DNA of 64,000 bases from an uncultured Planctomycetota bacterium (GTDB taxonomy: Bacteria > Planctomycetota > Planctomycetia > Isosphaerales > Isosphaeraceae): the NCBI GenBank assembly GCA_963737655.1, contig CAVTTN010000002.1, positions 352,001 through 416,000 of the forward strand, written 5' to 3'. The notes below the pieces were generated by a model. It worked only from the letters and a program-made list of their open reading frames with translations. It was not told the DNA's origin and searched no databases. The position numbers and the translations under genes were made by a program. Below are positions 50,042 through 61,162 of the stretch, piece after piece (position 1 is the first letter of the stretch; each line of letters starts with the position of its first letter).

Positions 50042-50695
50042 TCACTTGAGTTCCTGGATTTTCACGTTCTTGTACCAGCAATCCTGGCCGTGGTCCTGGA
50101 AGCCGAGGTAGCCGGGGCGGTCGAACTCGGCCATGACCTTGCCGAACTTGTGGGTCGAGCCGTCGGGTCGCTTGCCGGGCTCGGTGAACTTGGAGAGGTC
50201 GATGGCGGAGACCTCCTGGCCGTTGAGGGTCACGGCGATCTTCGGCCCCTGGGCGCGGATGGTCATGTGGTTCCACTCGCCCGCGGGCTTCTGGGCGTTG
50301 GCCTTCGCGGCGGCGAGGTCGTAGAACGCGCCGGGGTCGTGGAAGCCGGTCCCGGTGGTGTCGTCGATGGCGATCTCCAGGCCGGTGTAGACCGGGTCCT
50401 TCGGGTCGGCCACGCGGACGAACACGCCGGAATTGCAGCCCTTGGCGATCTTGTAGTCGAAGTCCAGCACGAAATCCTTGAATTTCTTGTCATACATGAC
50501 GATATAACCGCCCGATCCGTGGGGGTTCAGGCCGTCCTCCTGGACGTTGGCCCTGGGCAGGTCGCCGCCGGTGTTGATCTTCCAGCCCGAGGCGGCCTTG
50601 CCGTCGAACAGGACGGTCCATTCCTCGGCGGACGCGAAGGCCAGGGCGGCCGAGAAGGTGGCGGCCAGGGCGATCGGGACGATTCGGCGATTCAT
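50042..50695 (-). CDS. DUF1080 (3-keto-disaccharide hydrolase family) secreted protein
   Basis: WTVLFDG, FKDFVLDFDYK..GCNSGVFVR, GEWN, GYLGFQDHG..YKNVKI. Confidence 0.9.
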   Translation of the reverse strand: MNRRIVPIALAATFSAALAFASAEEWTVLFDGKAASGWKINTGGDLPRANVQEDGLNPHGSGGYIVMYDKKFKDFVLDFDYKIAKGCNSGVFVRVADPKDPVYTGLEIAIDDTTGTGFHDPGAFYDLAAAKANAQKPAGEWNHMTIRAQGPKIAVTLNGQEVSAIDLSKFTEPGKRPDGSTHKFGKVMAEFDRPGYLGFQDHGQDCWYKNVKIQELK

Positions 50696-50813
50696 GGCGC
50701 GGTTCTCCCTTCGAGAGAGGTGGGGACGAGGGACGATCCGCCGCCACCATAGCAAGTCGGCCCCTCGCGAGACAGAATCGACCCCCTTCGTTCCATTGAG
50801 ATGAAGGGACTTG

Positions 50814-50895
50814 TCCGCAGAGGACGCAGAGGACGCGGATGAAGAATTGTGATTTTTAATAGATTTAATAATACTAAAACTAGTTAATTCTTCAT
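50814..50895. repeat. Solo arm of the ACGCAGA 9-mer repeat plus AT-rich hairpin
   Basis: TCCGCAGAGGACGCAGAGGACGCGGAT, then ATGAAGAATT...AATTCTTCAT around an AT-rich loop. Confidence 0.75.
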
Positions 50896-50980
50896 GGAAT
50901 ACGACCCCGCTTGCCTTCGGAGGCCCGGTCTGGTAGGGATGAATTCGCGACTGCCCGAGCCTCGGACGAGACCTGGACCG

Positions 50981-52096
50981 ATGCCCGACCGCCATGCCGA
51001 CCGCCGGGAGGCCCTGCGTCGCCTCCTCGTTGACGAGCCGGGCGAGGGCGGGGTTCGGGCCGACGCGATGCTGGTCGGGGCCGGGGCGAACGTCCGGTAC
51101 CTGACGGGATTCACGGGGGATAGCTCGGCGCTGATCGTCTCGGCGGATCGCGCGGTGATCGTGTCGGACTTCCGCTATGCCCAGCAGATCGAGGAAGAAT
51201 GCCCCGGCCTGGAGGCCCGGATCCGCCCGGTCGAGCAGACGCTCACCCGGGCCGTGGCCGAGGCGATCAGCCTCCTGGCCCCGTCCTCGATCGCCTTCGA
51301 GGCGAATTGCCTGACCGTCGCCGATTATCAGGCGATCCGGGACGCGGCGACGGGGGTGGAGTTCCAGCCGGCGTTCTCCCGGGTCGAGTCGCTCCGGGCG
51401 ATCAAGGACGACGCGGAGGTCGAGGCGATCCGGCGGTCGATCGCGGCGGCCGAGCGGGCGTTCCGGGCGTTTCGCGAGGCGCTCCGGCCGGAGCTGACCG
51501 AGCTGGATGCGATCGACCTGCTCGAATCGTCGCTCAGGCAGGCGGGTTCGGAGTGCCCGGCGTTCGCCCCGATCGTGGCCGGGGGTCCGAGGGCGGCGCT
51601 TCCCCACGCCCGGCCGTCGGACGACGGGGAACTCGGTTCAAATGAGCTGATTTTGATCGACTGGGGCGGGACGGTGGGCGGGTATCGAAGCGACTTGACG
51701 CGGACGCTGGCCGTCGGTATGGTCGGGCCTCGTTTCGAGACCGTGTTCCGGGCCGTTCTGGAGGCGCAGGGGGCGGGGATCGCCGCGATCCGCCCGGGGG
51801 CGACAGGCCGGGACGTGGATGCCGCGGCCCGGTCGGTCCTGGAGGCCGCCGGCTTCGGCAAGGCGTTCGGGCATGGATTGGGCCACGGCCTCGGGCTGGA
51901 CATCCACGAGATGCCCCGGCTCCGGCCCGGGTCCGACGACGTGCTCCGCCCCGGGATGGTCGTGACCGTCGAGCCCGGGGTATACCTCCCCGGGTGGGGC
52001 GGGGTGCGGATCGAGGATGACGTCCTGGTCACGGCCGACGGCCCTCTCGTCCTGACTTCCTTGCCCAGACCGATCGAAGCCCTCTGGTCCGACTGA
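50981..52096 (+). CDS. Xaa-Pro aminopeptidase/dipeptidase (M24B)
   Basis: [54 protein letters not shown]. Confidence 0.93.
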   Translation: MPDRHADRREALRRLLVDEPGEGGVRADAMLVGAGANVRYLTGFTGDSSALIVSADRAVIVSDFRYAQQIEEECPGLEARIRPVEQTLTRAVAEAISLLAPSSIAFEANCLTVADYQAIRDAATGVEFQPAFSRVESLRAIKDDAEVEAIRRSIAAAERAFRAFREALRPELTELDAIDLLESSLRQAGSECPAFAPIVAGGPRAALPHARPSDDGELGSNELILIDWGGTVGGYRSDLTRTLAVGMVGPRFETVFRAVLEAQGAGIAAIRPGATGRDVDAAARSVLEAAGFGKAFGHGLGHGLGLDIHEMPRLRPGSDDVLRPGMVVTVEPGVYLPGWGGVRIEDDVLVTADGPLVLTSLPRPIEALWSD

Positions 52097-52134
52097 CGAC
52101 ACCCCATCGCGGCGATTCCGCGGAGCATCCAGGC

Positions 52135-52623
52135 ATGTCGGAAGAGCCGAGCGAGACAGCCGAGGTTCGCACGATCCGCCAGCTCGTCCGGCTGATGCAG
52201 AAGTACGACCTGACGGCGATCGATTTGGGCGAAGGCGCGAACAAGATCCGCCTGAGGCGCCGGGGGGCCGAGCTTGTGCCGATGGTCCCGGCCGGGCCGA
52301 GCGTGCCGTCGGCGGCGGCCCCGCCCCGGTTCGAGGCCGGTCCGCCGCCGCCCTCGGCCCCGCCCACGGCGGCCACCCCGGCCGGGGTGTTCATCGAAAG
52401 CCCGATGGTCGGCACGTTCTACGCCTCGGGCTCGCCGGATTCCCCGCCGTTTGTCTCCGTCGGCTCGGCGATCCGAGCCGACTCGACGGTCTGCGTGATC
52501 GAGGCCATGAAGGTCTTCACCGACATCCCCGCCGGGATCGCCGGGACCGTCGCCGAGTGCCTCGTCAAGAACGGCCAGCCCGTCGAATTCGGCCAGCCCC
52601 TGTTCCGGGTCGATCCCGCCTAA
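52135..52623 (+). CDS. accB: Biotin carboxyl carrier protein
   Basis: SPMVGTFY, biotinylation motif [12 protein letters not shown]. Confidence 0.95.
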   Translation: MSEEPSETAEVRTIRQLVRLMQKYDLTAIDLGEGANKIRLRRRGAELVPMVPAGPSVPSAAAPPRFEAGPPPPSAPPTAATPAGVFIESPMVGTFYASGSPDSPPFVSVGSAIRADSTVCVIEAMKVFTDIPAGIAGTVAECLVKNGQPVEFGQPLFRVDPA

Positions 52624-52654
52624 CGTCGATCCCGAGCGCCCAACGGAGGAGAGA

Positions 52655-52751
52655 CGGAGTGCGGAGTGCGGAGTGCGGAGTGCGGAGTGAAGACTCGGAC
52701 GATCGGTCGGTCTCGTCTTCACTCCGCACTCCGCACTCCGCACTCAGCACT
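52655..52751. repeat. Heptamer tandem-repeat hairpin (CGGAGTG x5 / CACTCCG x4) between accB and accC
   Basis: cggagtg x5-aagac ... gtctt-cactccg x3-cactcag. Confidence 0.92.
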
Positions 52752-52764
52752 TCCGCGACCAGCG

Positions 52765-54120
52765 ATGTTCAAACGGATTCTCGTGGCCAACCGCGGAGAG
52801 ATCGCCCTCCGGGTGATCCGGGCGTGCAAGGAGCTGGGCGTCGAGGTCGTCGCCGTCTTCTCCGAGGCCGACCGGGGCGCGCCGTATCTCGAAATGGCCG
52901 ACCGCGCCATCTGCATCGGCAAGGCGCCGGGGGCGGACAGCTATTTGAACGTCCCCCGGATCATCGCCGCGGCCGAGGTGGCCGACGTCCAGGCGATCCA
53001 TCCCGGGTACGGGTTCCTCAGCGAGAACCCGCACTTCGCCGAGGTCTGCCGGACGTGTAATTTCGAGTTCATCGGCCCTCCTCACGAGGCCATCCGCAAG
53101 ATGGGCCTGAAGACCGAGGCCAAGGCCGTCGCCAACGCGGCGAAGGTGCCGGTCGTCCCCGGCTCCGACGGCCCGGTCACCTCGGACGCCGAGGCCGCGA
53201 GGATCGCCCGGGAGATCGGCTATCCCGTCCTGATCAAGGCGGCGGCCGGCGGCGGCGGCAAGGGGATGCGCGTCTGCCGGGAGGAGTCGAGCCTCCTCTC
53301 CTCGCTCCAGTCCGCCAAGAACGAGGCCGAGGCCGCGTTCCGCGACGGCAGCGTGTACCTGGAGAAGTTCATCGACCGCCCCCGTCACGTCGAGGTCCAG
53401 CTCCTGGCCGACTCGTTCGGCAATTGCGTCCACCTCTGGGAACGCGATTGCTCGTTGCAACGGCGGCATCAGAAGCTCGTCGAGGAATCGCCGAGCCCGA
53501 ACCTGCCGGACCGCGTCCGCCGGAAGCTTTGCGACGCGGCGGTTCGCCTGGCGAGGCAGGCCGGCTACGTGAACGCGGGGACGTGCGAATTCCTGGTCGA
53601 TTCGGACCAGAATTTCTACTTCATCGAGGTCAACGCCCGGATCCAGGTCGAGCATCCGGTCACGGAGCTCGTCACGGGGATCGACCTGATCAAGTGGCAG
53701 ATCCGCATCGCGGCGGGGCAGCCGTTGACGCTGAAGCAGTCGGACATCGTCCAGACCGGCCACTCGTTCGAGTGCCGGATCAACTGCGAGGACCCCGACC
53801 ACAACTTCCGCCCGAGCCCGGGGAAGATCACGGGCCTCCGCATCCCGGGCGGGTACGGAGTTCGGTGGGATTCTCACGTGAGGGTGGGCTACACGGTCCC
53901 GCCGAACTACGATTCGATGGTCGGCAAGCTCCTGGTCCACGCCCCGACCCGGGCCGAGGCGATGGCCGTGATGCGCCGGGCCCTGGACGAGCTCCAGGTC
54001 GAGGGCATCCAATCGACGATCCCGCTCCACCGCCGGATCTTCCAGAACCCGGATTTTTCGGAGGGGCGCGTCGATACCACGTGGGTGGAGCGGGTCTTGC
54101 TGCCCTCGAAGACCCCGTAG
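52765..54120 (+). CDS. accC: Biotin carboxylase
   Basis: [53 protein letters not shown]. Confidence 0.97.
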   Translation: MFKRILVANRGEIALRVIRACKELGVEVVAVFSEADRGAPYLEMADRAICIGKAPGADSYLNVPRIIAAAEVADVQAIHPGYGFLSENPHFAEVCRTCNFEFIGPPHEAIRKMGLKTEAKAVANAAKVPVVPGSDGPVTSDAEAARIAREIGYPVLIKAAAGGGGKGMRVCREESSLLSSLQSAKNEAEAAFRDGSVYLEKFIDRPRHVEVQLLADSFGNCVHLWERDCSLQRRHQKLVEESPSPNLPDRVRRKLCDAAVRLARQAGYVNAGTCEFLVDSDQNFYFIEVNARIQVEHPVTELVTGIDLIKWQIRIAAGQPLTLKQSDIVQTGHSFECRINCEDPDHNFRPSPGKITGLRIPGGYGVRWDSHVRVGYTVPPNYDSMVGKLLVHAPTRAEAMAVMRRALDELQVEGIQSTIPLHRRIFQNPDFSEGRVDTTWVERVLLPSKTP

Positions 54121-54249
54121 GGTGCATGAGATGCACCAACATTGCGGCGGCCAGGGGCCGCCCACCTTGCCTCTTTTCCCGATCGCCGGGGAGAAACGTG
54201 GTGGGCGGCCCCTGGCCGCCGCGAGTTGGGTGCATGTCATGCACCCGAC
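54117..54249. repeat. GTAG/GTCG REP doublet (GGTGCAT-N3-ATGCACC family), copy 2
   Basis: GTAGGGTGCATGAGATGCACC ... GGTGCATGTCATGCACCCGAC, with an internal inverted pair GCGGCGGCCAGGGGCCGCCCACC. Confidence 0.88.
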
Positions 54250-57200
54250 GGGGTGTACACCGTCGCCAGGCCCTTCTTGGTGAGATTGGCGACGTAGTCG
54301 CCTCCGGCGGTCCCGTCCATGTTGCCATCGACGAGGTTGCCGAGCCTGTCCTTGAGGCCGGTGACCCGGAACTGGAGGCCACTGGTGGCCACGAGCCGCT
54401 TCTTCGGCACGAGCCGGACGGTGTTCGTCGCCGGGTCGTAGGTGGCCGAGGCGAACGTGACGAGGCGGTCGTCCTTGGTGTTGAACTTGCGGTCCCGGCC
54501 GGCGGTCCCGAGTCGGTAGTGCGAGAGGTCCGAGGCGATCGAGGCGTCGATCGGGCCGTTGAACGTCAAGGTGATCGCCGCGATGCTCTTCTTCTTGCCC
54601 GGGACCGTCGCGGCGGAGGTCAGCTCGACCGGCGGCGCGCTGGAGACCTTCACCCCGGAGACCGAGGAGCCGGTCTGGCCTCCGCTATCGGTGACCGCGA
54701 CCGTGACCGAGAAGGTGCCGGTCGCGGTGTAGGTGTGACTCAGGGCGAACGTCTTGTCGGGGTTGAGCGTCAGGGGCTGGGCGCCCGAGCCGTCTCCGTA
54801 ATTGACGGTCGCGGTCCAGGTCTGGGCGCCCGGGTCGGTGAAGCGGCCGGCCTCGGAGAACGTCCCGCCCTGGGTCAATGTCGCGTTGCCGCCGCTCAGG
54901 ACCAGCGGGGCCACGTCATTCACGACGACGTGGAACGTCTTCGTGGTCGAGAGGGCCGGGCTGGCGCTATCGGTGACGATCACCGGGACATCCACGGCCA
55001 GAGGCCCGGCCGTCGGGGTCCAGGTGAACCGGCCGGTGATCGCGTCGATCGCCGATCCGGCCGGGGCGCCGGCGCCGAGGGCGTAGCTCAGGGTCTGGCC
55101 CGCGTCCGGGTCGCTCGCGCCGATGTTCAGGGCCAGGGTGCTTCCTTCATTGACGACCTGGGTCGGGACGTCGGGCAGGACCGGCGGCCGATCGGCGACG
55201 ACGACCGTGCCCGAGGTGGAGGCGGTCCCCCCGGCCGAGGTCGTCACGGCCACGCCGACGGCAAACGTGCCGGGGCCGCCGTAGGTCTTCGTCCCCGAGA
55301 CCAGGAACCCGCCGGTCGGGCTCGCGGCGATCGTCCCGGGAGAGCTCGTGCCGTCCCCCCAGACGATCGTGGCGGAGAGGTTCGCGGCCGTCGCCGACGG
55401 GTTGGCATACGCCACCGTGGCGATCACTCCCGAGACGCTCGTGGTGCCGGAGGCGACGGTCGGCGAGGCGAACGTGGCGGAGAGCGCCGCGTCGGCGATC
55501 GCGGCCGAGACGGAGGCCGTGGCGGAGCCTCCGGCGACGGTGTCGCGGATGGCCACGCTCACCGGGAACGTGCCGGCCTTGGCGAAGGTGTGGGTCCCCA
55601 GGACGTCGAACCCGCCGGCCGGGTCGGCCTGGATGGTGCCCGCCCCGGTCGTGTTGTCTCCCCAGGTGATCGAGGCGGCGAAGTTCGCGGCGCCTCCGGT
55701 GCCCAGGGCGGTGAAGCTCGCCAGCTTCACGCCGGAGATCGAGGTGCCGACCGTCCCGGCGATGCTGGCGGGCGAGGCCGTGATCGTCTGGGGGACGACG
55801 ACCGTGCCCGAGGCCGTCCCGGTGACCGAGGTATCGCCCGAGCTGGTGACGGTCACCCCCACGCCGAATGAGCCGGGGCCCTTGTACGTCTTCGTGCCCG
55901 AGATGGTGTACCCGCCGCTCGGGTTCACGGCGATCGTCCCGGGGGAGCTCGTGCCGTCTCCCCAGGTGATCGTGGCCGAGAGGTTGGCCAGGGTGTCGTC
56001 GGGGATGAAGTCCGAGAGGTTGGCGACCAGGCCCGAGACGGTGGTCGTTCCGGCGGCGACCGTCGGCCCCGCGAACGAGGTGGAGAGCAGCGAGTCCGTG
56101 ATCGTCGAGGAGCCGGTCGCCACGGCCGAGGCGCCGGCCAGGTTGTCCTGGATCGTCGCGTTCACCGCGTACGCGCCCGACTTGGCATAGGTATGCGAGC
56201 CGAGGACGTCGAAGCCTCCGGAGTTGTTGGCCTGGATCGTCCCGGTCGAGGTCGAATTGTCGCCCCAGTTGATCGAGGCGGAGTAATCGGTCGAGGGGCC
56301 GGCCCAGGGCGGTGAAGCTCGCGACCTTCTGGCCGACGAGCGGCTTGTTGGTGGTCCCGGGGAAGTTCGCGCCGGTCGGCGTGATCGTCTGGGCCACGAC
56401 GTTGACCGTGATGGCCTGGCGGTCATACGGGTCGCTGCTGCTGCCCCGGTTCGAGGCGCCGGTCTGCTTGACGGCGGCCTGGATGTGGATGGTCCCGGTG
56501 AAGCCGGAGGCGGGGACGACCTGGAGGACGTTGCCCGAGACGTTGAAGGTGGCGTTGGCCGGGGTGTCCAGGGCGAAGCCGGCGTAGGTCACGCCTCCGC
56601 CGTCGATGTCGGTGGAGGTCAACGGGATCGAGATCGGGACGTTGGTGACGGTCGTCACCGAGGCCGGCACCGGCCCGAGGATCGGCGGGTCATTGGTGGC
56701 GTCGGTGGCCGAGTTCACGGTGAAGGTCTTGGTGTCGGTGCCGCCCTGGCCGTCGTCGCCGGTCACGGTGACCGTGGAGGTCCCCACGCCCGAGGAATCC
56801 AGGGTGATCACGGCGTCGGAGGTGTCCTGGACGATCGAGGCCGAGGTGATCACGACCGGGGGGTTGGGCGAGCTGTTCTGAGCGGTCACGCCGGGGGCGG
56901 TGTTGATCGCCTGGGCGACGCCGAACCCCCGGACGAGCTGGCCGAAGATGGTGTAGGTGAGGTCCAGGCTCCTCTGCGGGCCGAGCGTCACGAAGAATTC
57001 CGAGCTCTGGGTGTCCCGGCCGGCGTTGGCCATGGCGAGCTGGCCGTTGCCGGTGAACAGGGCCTCGGGGTTCAGCTCGTCATTGGGATTCAGCCCGGTG
57101 GCCCCGGTGATGTTGCCGGCCTGGTCCACGAAGCCCGGGATTTCCCGATAGAACGTCAGCCCGTTGTAGAAGCCGGAGTTGACCAGGCCCTCGATCGTGG

Positions 57201-57504
57201 CCACGGTGTTCGGGGCGAGGTCCTGGAGGAGCTGGAACGTCATGTCGCCGTAGCCGGCCACCGAGAGCTTCAGGTACGGATTGCCGGCGTGGACCGTGGC
57301 GGTGATCGGCGCCCCGGAGCTCATGACGGTGTAGGTCACGGGGTTGGAGCCGCTCTCCGTGGCGGTGATCGGCAAGATCAGCGACTTCCCGGCCGGGACG
57401 GCCTGGGTGGCGATCGGGTCGATCGCCAGGGTGGACATCAGGGCGCGTGTTTCCAGCCCTTCGAGGCTCGGCCGCCGTTCCGCTCGCCGTCGAGTGCGCA
57501 TCAT
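54237..57504 (-). CDS. Large extracellular protein: LEPR-XLL-type signal, cyclophilin-like domain, Ig-like/cadherin/PKD repeats; apparent frameshift near 56300
   Basis: RRPSLEGLETRALMS; LAPNTV..FYNGLTFYREIPGF..LAMANAG..FFVT..YTIFGQ; repeated (A/S)ITWGD modules continuing in frame 54237..56426. Confidence 0.82.
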
Positions 57505-57998
57505 CGCCCCCTGGGGAATCCTCGAACCGATCTCGGCCCCCCTCGGCGGAGGCCGCTGTGTCTCGGAGACCATGCTCGCATAGGATCATGTGAAATTTCA
57601 AGATCATGCCGGCGAGATGGGCGGGGCTGATCCGTCTTCTCGCGATCCGAGGGCGGGCCCGGCCCGAACCCGGCGCCGGGCCTCTTCTCTTCGAAGCGCG
57701 GGGGGGCCGACCTCCAGCCGATCCGGGGCGATCGCGAGGGAGGGGCCGGGCCCGGGCGTCGCGACCGTCGCGACCGGGCGTCTCGCCAGAATCGCGCCGA
57801 TGGGGGCCGCCTCTGGGTGGAAGCCGAGGTCCGGTTCGTCTAAACTTGGCGCTGACTTCCAGAGGATGGAGGACGATGGGGGCGGACGGATGGGGTGATC
57901 CCGAACCCTTCGGGACGCCTCCCCTCGGACCTCGGTTCGGGTCGGCCCGGCCGATGCTCGATCTCGGGCCGGCGAGCCGGTTTTGGAGCGATTCGTTC

Positions 57999-59150
57999 AT
58001 GAGTACCGCGCCGACCGACGTGTATTACCCGGGCCTGGAAGGCGTGATCGCCTGCGAGACGGCCATCTGCAACGTCGAGGGGAAGCAGGGGGCGGGGGGC
58101 CTGGAGTACCGCGGCTACAGCATCGAGGACCTCGCCGGCCACGTCTCCTACGAGGAGACGGCCTACCTCCTGCTGCACGGCGACCTCCCCGGCCGGGCCG
58201 AGCTCGACGCCTTCTCCGCCCGCCTCAAGGCCGCTCGGGCGATCCCCGAGTCGCTGATGTACCTCTTCAAGACGATCCCGGAGTCCGTCCACCCGATGGA
58301 CGTCCTGAGGACCTCGGTCAGCGTCCTGGCCCACTTCGACCCCGAGGTGGACGCCCCGCCGACCGACCACGCCGCCAACGTCCGCAAGGCCGAGCGGCTC
58401 CTGGCCCAGATGCCCACGGCGATCGCCTCCCGCGAGCGGATCGCCGCCGGCAAGGAGCCGATCGCCCCGAGGGACGACCTGGACCACTCCGCCAACTTCC
58501 TCACCATGATGAGCGGCAACGCGCCGAGCGAGACCATCCGCCAGGCGTTCGACCTCTCGCTGGTCCTCTACACCGAGCACGAGCTGAACGCCTCGACGTT
58601 CTCCGGCCGGGTGACGGTCTCGACCCTGGCGGACATCCATTCGGGGATCGTCGCGGCGATCGGCACGCTCAAGGGCCCGCTCCACGGCGGGGCGAACGAG
58701 GAGGCGTGGAAGGTCCTGGAGCAGGTCGGCAGCCCGGAGAACGCCGAGGCCTGGATCGCCTCGGCCCTGGCCCGCAAGGAGCGGATCATGGGCTTCGGCC
58801 ACCGCGTCTACAAGACCGGCGACCCCCGGGCCCGGATCCTCAAGACCTGGTGCCAGAAAGTGGCCAGGGAGGTCGGCGAGGAGCGCTGGGAGCAGATGGC
58901 CGAGCCGATCGAGGTCGCCGTGACCGAGCAGAAGAAGCTCCCGCCCAACGTCGATTGGCCCAGCGCCCGGCTCTATCACTACATGGGCCTGAAGACCGAC
59001 GTCTACACGCCGATCTTCGCCATGGCGAGGGTCGCCGGCTGGGCCGCCCACATCATCGAGCAGCTCGACCACAACCGCCTGATGAGGCCCCGGGCCAAGT
59101 ACGTCGGGCCCGCCAACCGCCCGGTCAAGCCGATCGACCAGAGGGACTGA
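57999..59150 (+). CDS. Citrate / 2-methylcitrate synthase (short type)
   Basis: GLEGV, LEYRGY, HELNASTF, GPLHGGAN, MGFGHRVYK.GDPR, PNVDW, RVAGWAAH. Confidence 0.95.
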   Translation: MSTAPTDVYYPGLEGVIACETAICNVEGKQGAGGLEYRGYSIEDLAGHVSYEETAYLLLHGDLPGRAELDAFSARLKAARAIPESLMYLFKTIPESVHPMDVLRTSVSVLAHFDPEVDAPPTDHAANVRKAERLLAQMPTAIASRERIAAGKEPIAPRDDLDHSANFLTMMSGNAPSETIRQAFDLSLVLYTEHELNASTFSGRVTVSTLADIHSGIVAAIGTLKGPLHGGANEEAWKVLEQVGSPENAEAWIASALARKERIMGFGHRVYKTGDPRARILKTWCQKVAREVGEERWEQMAEPIEVAVTEQKKLPPNVDWPSARLYHYMGLKTDVYTPIFAMARVAGWAAHIIEQLDHNRLMRPRAKYVGPANRPVKPIDQRD

Positions 59151-59302
59151 GCGGACGAAGCGTCGCGGCGCGGACAAGACGGGGTCAGGAGCCTTGAATC
59201 TCGGCCTCCTGACCCCGTCTTGTCCGCGCCGCGACGCTTCGCCGCCCTTCGCAATCGGAAGACGAGGCCGCCCCGTCGGATCGATCGACCCGACGGGGCG
59301 GC
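59151..59302. repeat. Long near-perfect hairpin with GGGGTCAGG/CCTGACCCC core plus a second hairpin, between convergent genes; probable terminator
   Basis: ~36 bp perfect stem (arms 59151-59191 and 59206-59245) and a 13 bp stem (59267-59302). Confidence 0.85.
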
Positions 59303-59330
59303 GTGGAGGCATTCCGCAGTTAGCGTCTGC

Positions 59331-60899
59331 TCAGGACTTGGGCTGTTCCTCGTCCTTCTTCTCTTCCTCGCCCTCCTTCGGGGGGAGGATGCCGATCCGG
59401 CCCTTGGGGTTCTGGATGATGTTGACGTTGGGCCGGTCGATGACTTCGACCTTGCCCGGGACGCTCCCTCCGTAGGAATAGCCGAGCTGGCCCAGGAGCC
59501 GTTCCAGGGGGATGGGGCGGATGCCGTCGAGCCGGGCCACCCGGATGGCCTCGGTCTTCTTGGCCAGGAACGTCGATTCCTCGGCGGCCATCTGCTTGGC
59601 CTCGCGGACGACCGACGGGTGGAAGGCCAGGCGGTCGTCGGTCACGTACCAGGAGATCAGCGCGGTCAGCTTGCCGGTCTCCACGCCCACGCCGGGCGGG
59701 GGCAGGTCGTAGGAGACGATCCCTCCGGCGGCCCGGATCATCCGCTTGAGGTCCTCGCGGTCGTCCCGGCCGTCGCGGTTGACGTCCATCTTGCCGATCA
59801 GGGCGTACTGGAGCGGCTTGTTGGCGTCGAACACGGGCGAATAGAGCTGGTCGCCGGGGCGGAGCGGCTCGGTGGACTTCTTGGTCTCGATGATCCGGGC
59901 GATGCTGCCGGTCTCGCCGACCTTGATGAGCTCGATGGTGCCCTTGGGCTTGTCGCTGGGGATGCCCTTGGCGTCGCGGTCGAAGACGGTGAAGACCATC
60001 TGCTCGCGGACGCCCTGGCTCCTCCTCAGGTCGGTGCCGACGCGGTCCTGGGTGTAATCGACGTAGGAGATCGTGCCGTCCTTCTTGTCCAGGACGTTCT
60101 CCTTGAGCTCGACGACCCCTCGGAAGTAGCGGACCTGGGTCAGGAGGTCCTCGCGGGCCTTCCGGTAGTCTTCCTCGCGCTGGGTGATCTCGTTCTTGAG
60201 CTTGGTGTTCTCGCCGGCCAGCTTGTTCAGGTCGCTCTGCAGGGCGTCGAGCTTGACCATCAGGCTGGTGCGCTCGGTCTCGTGCTTGCCGTGCTCGGAG
60301 TTGAGGTCTTCCTTGGCCCCGGCGACGGCCTTCTTCTCGACGTCGAGCTGGGCGGCGTTGACCTGGTCCACGGCCTCGAGCTGGCGGCGGGTGTCGTGGA
60401 ATTCCAGGGCGAGCGCCGTGGCGAGCTGGGTCTGGTTGTTGAGCATCTCGTGGAGCCGGTCGAGGCTGCCGAGCAGCGAGTTGCTGGCCGGGGCGTTCAG
60501 GCCGGCGACGATGGCGTCGAGCGACTGGCGGATCTCGTCGAGCTTGCCGAGGTTGCCGCCCGACCCCTTGTAGGCGTCGATCGTCTTGCGGCCCTCCTCG
60601 GCGATCCCGGCGACCTTCTTGGTCATCTCTTCCAGGTTCTTGGTGACCTGCTTGGGGACGTCCTCGTCCTCCGCCTTGGGCAGGCCGACCTTCTCGCGGA
60701 TGTCGATCATCAGGCGGCGGAGCTTCTCGTAGTCGTTCTTGGTGGTCGAGAGGTCGCTGTTGGTCTGCTCCAGCTTCTTCTCCGACGTGGCGTAGTTGGA
60801 GAAGCCGAAATACGTGGTCACGGCCAGGATCACCGAGAGCATGACGAAGCATGCCACGGCGATCTTCAGGCCCTGGTTGTCGTTGGACGAGGCGGCCAT
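59331..60899 (-). CDS. Membrane-anchored long coiled-coil protein (planctomycete conserved hypothetical)
   Basis: N-terminal TM helix, about 250 aa of coiled coil, and a globular C-terminal domain (DVNRDGRDD). Start at MAASSN. Confidence 0.75.
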   Translation of the reverse strand: MAASSNDNQGLKIAVACFVMLSVILAVTTYFGFSNYATSEKKLEQTNSDLSTTKNDYEKLRRLMIDIREKVGLPKAEDEDVPKQVTKNLEEMTKKVAGIAEEGRKTIDAYKGSGGNLGKLDEIRQSLDAIVAGLNAPASNSLLGSLDRLHEMLNNQTQLATALALEFHDTRRQLEAVDQVNAAQLDVEKKAVAGAKEDLNSEHGKHETERTSLMVKLDALQSDLNKLAGENTKLKNEITQREEDYRKAREDLLTQVRYFRGVVELKENVLDKKDGTISYVDYTQDRVGTDLRRSQGVREQMVFTVFDRDAKGIPSDKPKGTIELIKVGETGSIARIIETKKSTEPLRPGDQLYSPVFDANKPLQYALIGKMDVNRDGRDDREDLKRMIRAAGGIVSYDLPPPGVGVETGKLTALISWYVTDDRLAFHPSVVREAKQMAAEESTFLAKKTEAIRVARLDGIRPIPLERLLGQLGYSYGGSVPGKVEVIDRPNVNIIQNPKGRIGILPPKEGEEEKKDEEQPKS

Positions 60900-61162
60900 C
60901 GGTGAGGTCTCCGGACGTCGAGGCTTCGCGAGCGAGCCGGCCCCGGGACCCGGAGGCGCGGCGCCGGATTTCCTAGAGTATGTCACACGGACCGGGAGGA
61001 CCGGGCGATTTCCGGACCGTCGGAGAATCTGACGGTTTCCTACGATTGTAGGGGCGGCCCCCGACCCGGTCAAACCGTCACCTTGGACGCCGGCCAGGTC
61101 CGATCGGTTCCCTCGGACCGGGGGCCCGGGTGAACTTCGGGGGATCAAGGAGGGCGAAAGCC

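Noticed and set aside
57585..57608. TGTGAAATTTCA palindrome as a Rex operator upstream of citrate synthase
   Set aside because: The spacing does not fit TTGTGAA-N4-TTCACAA. It could be another regulator's site, but this is unsupported.
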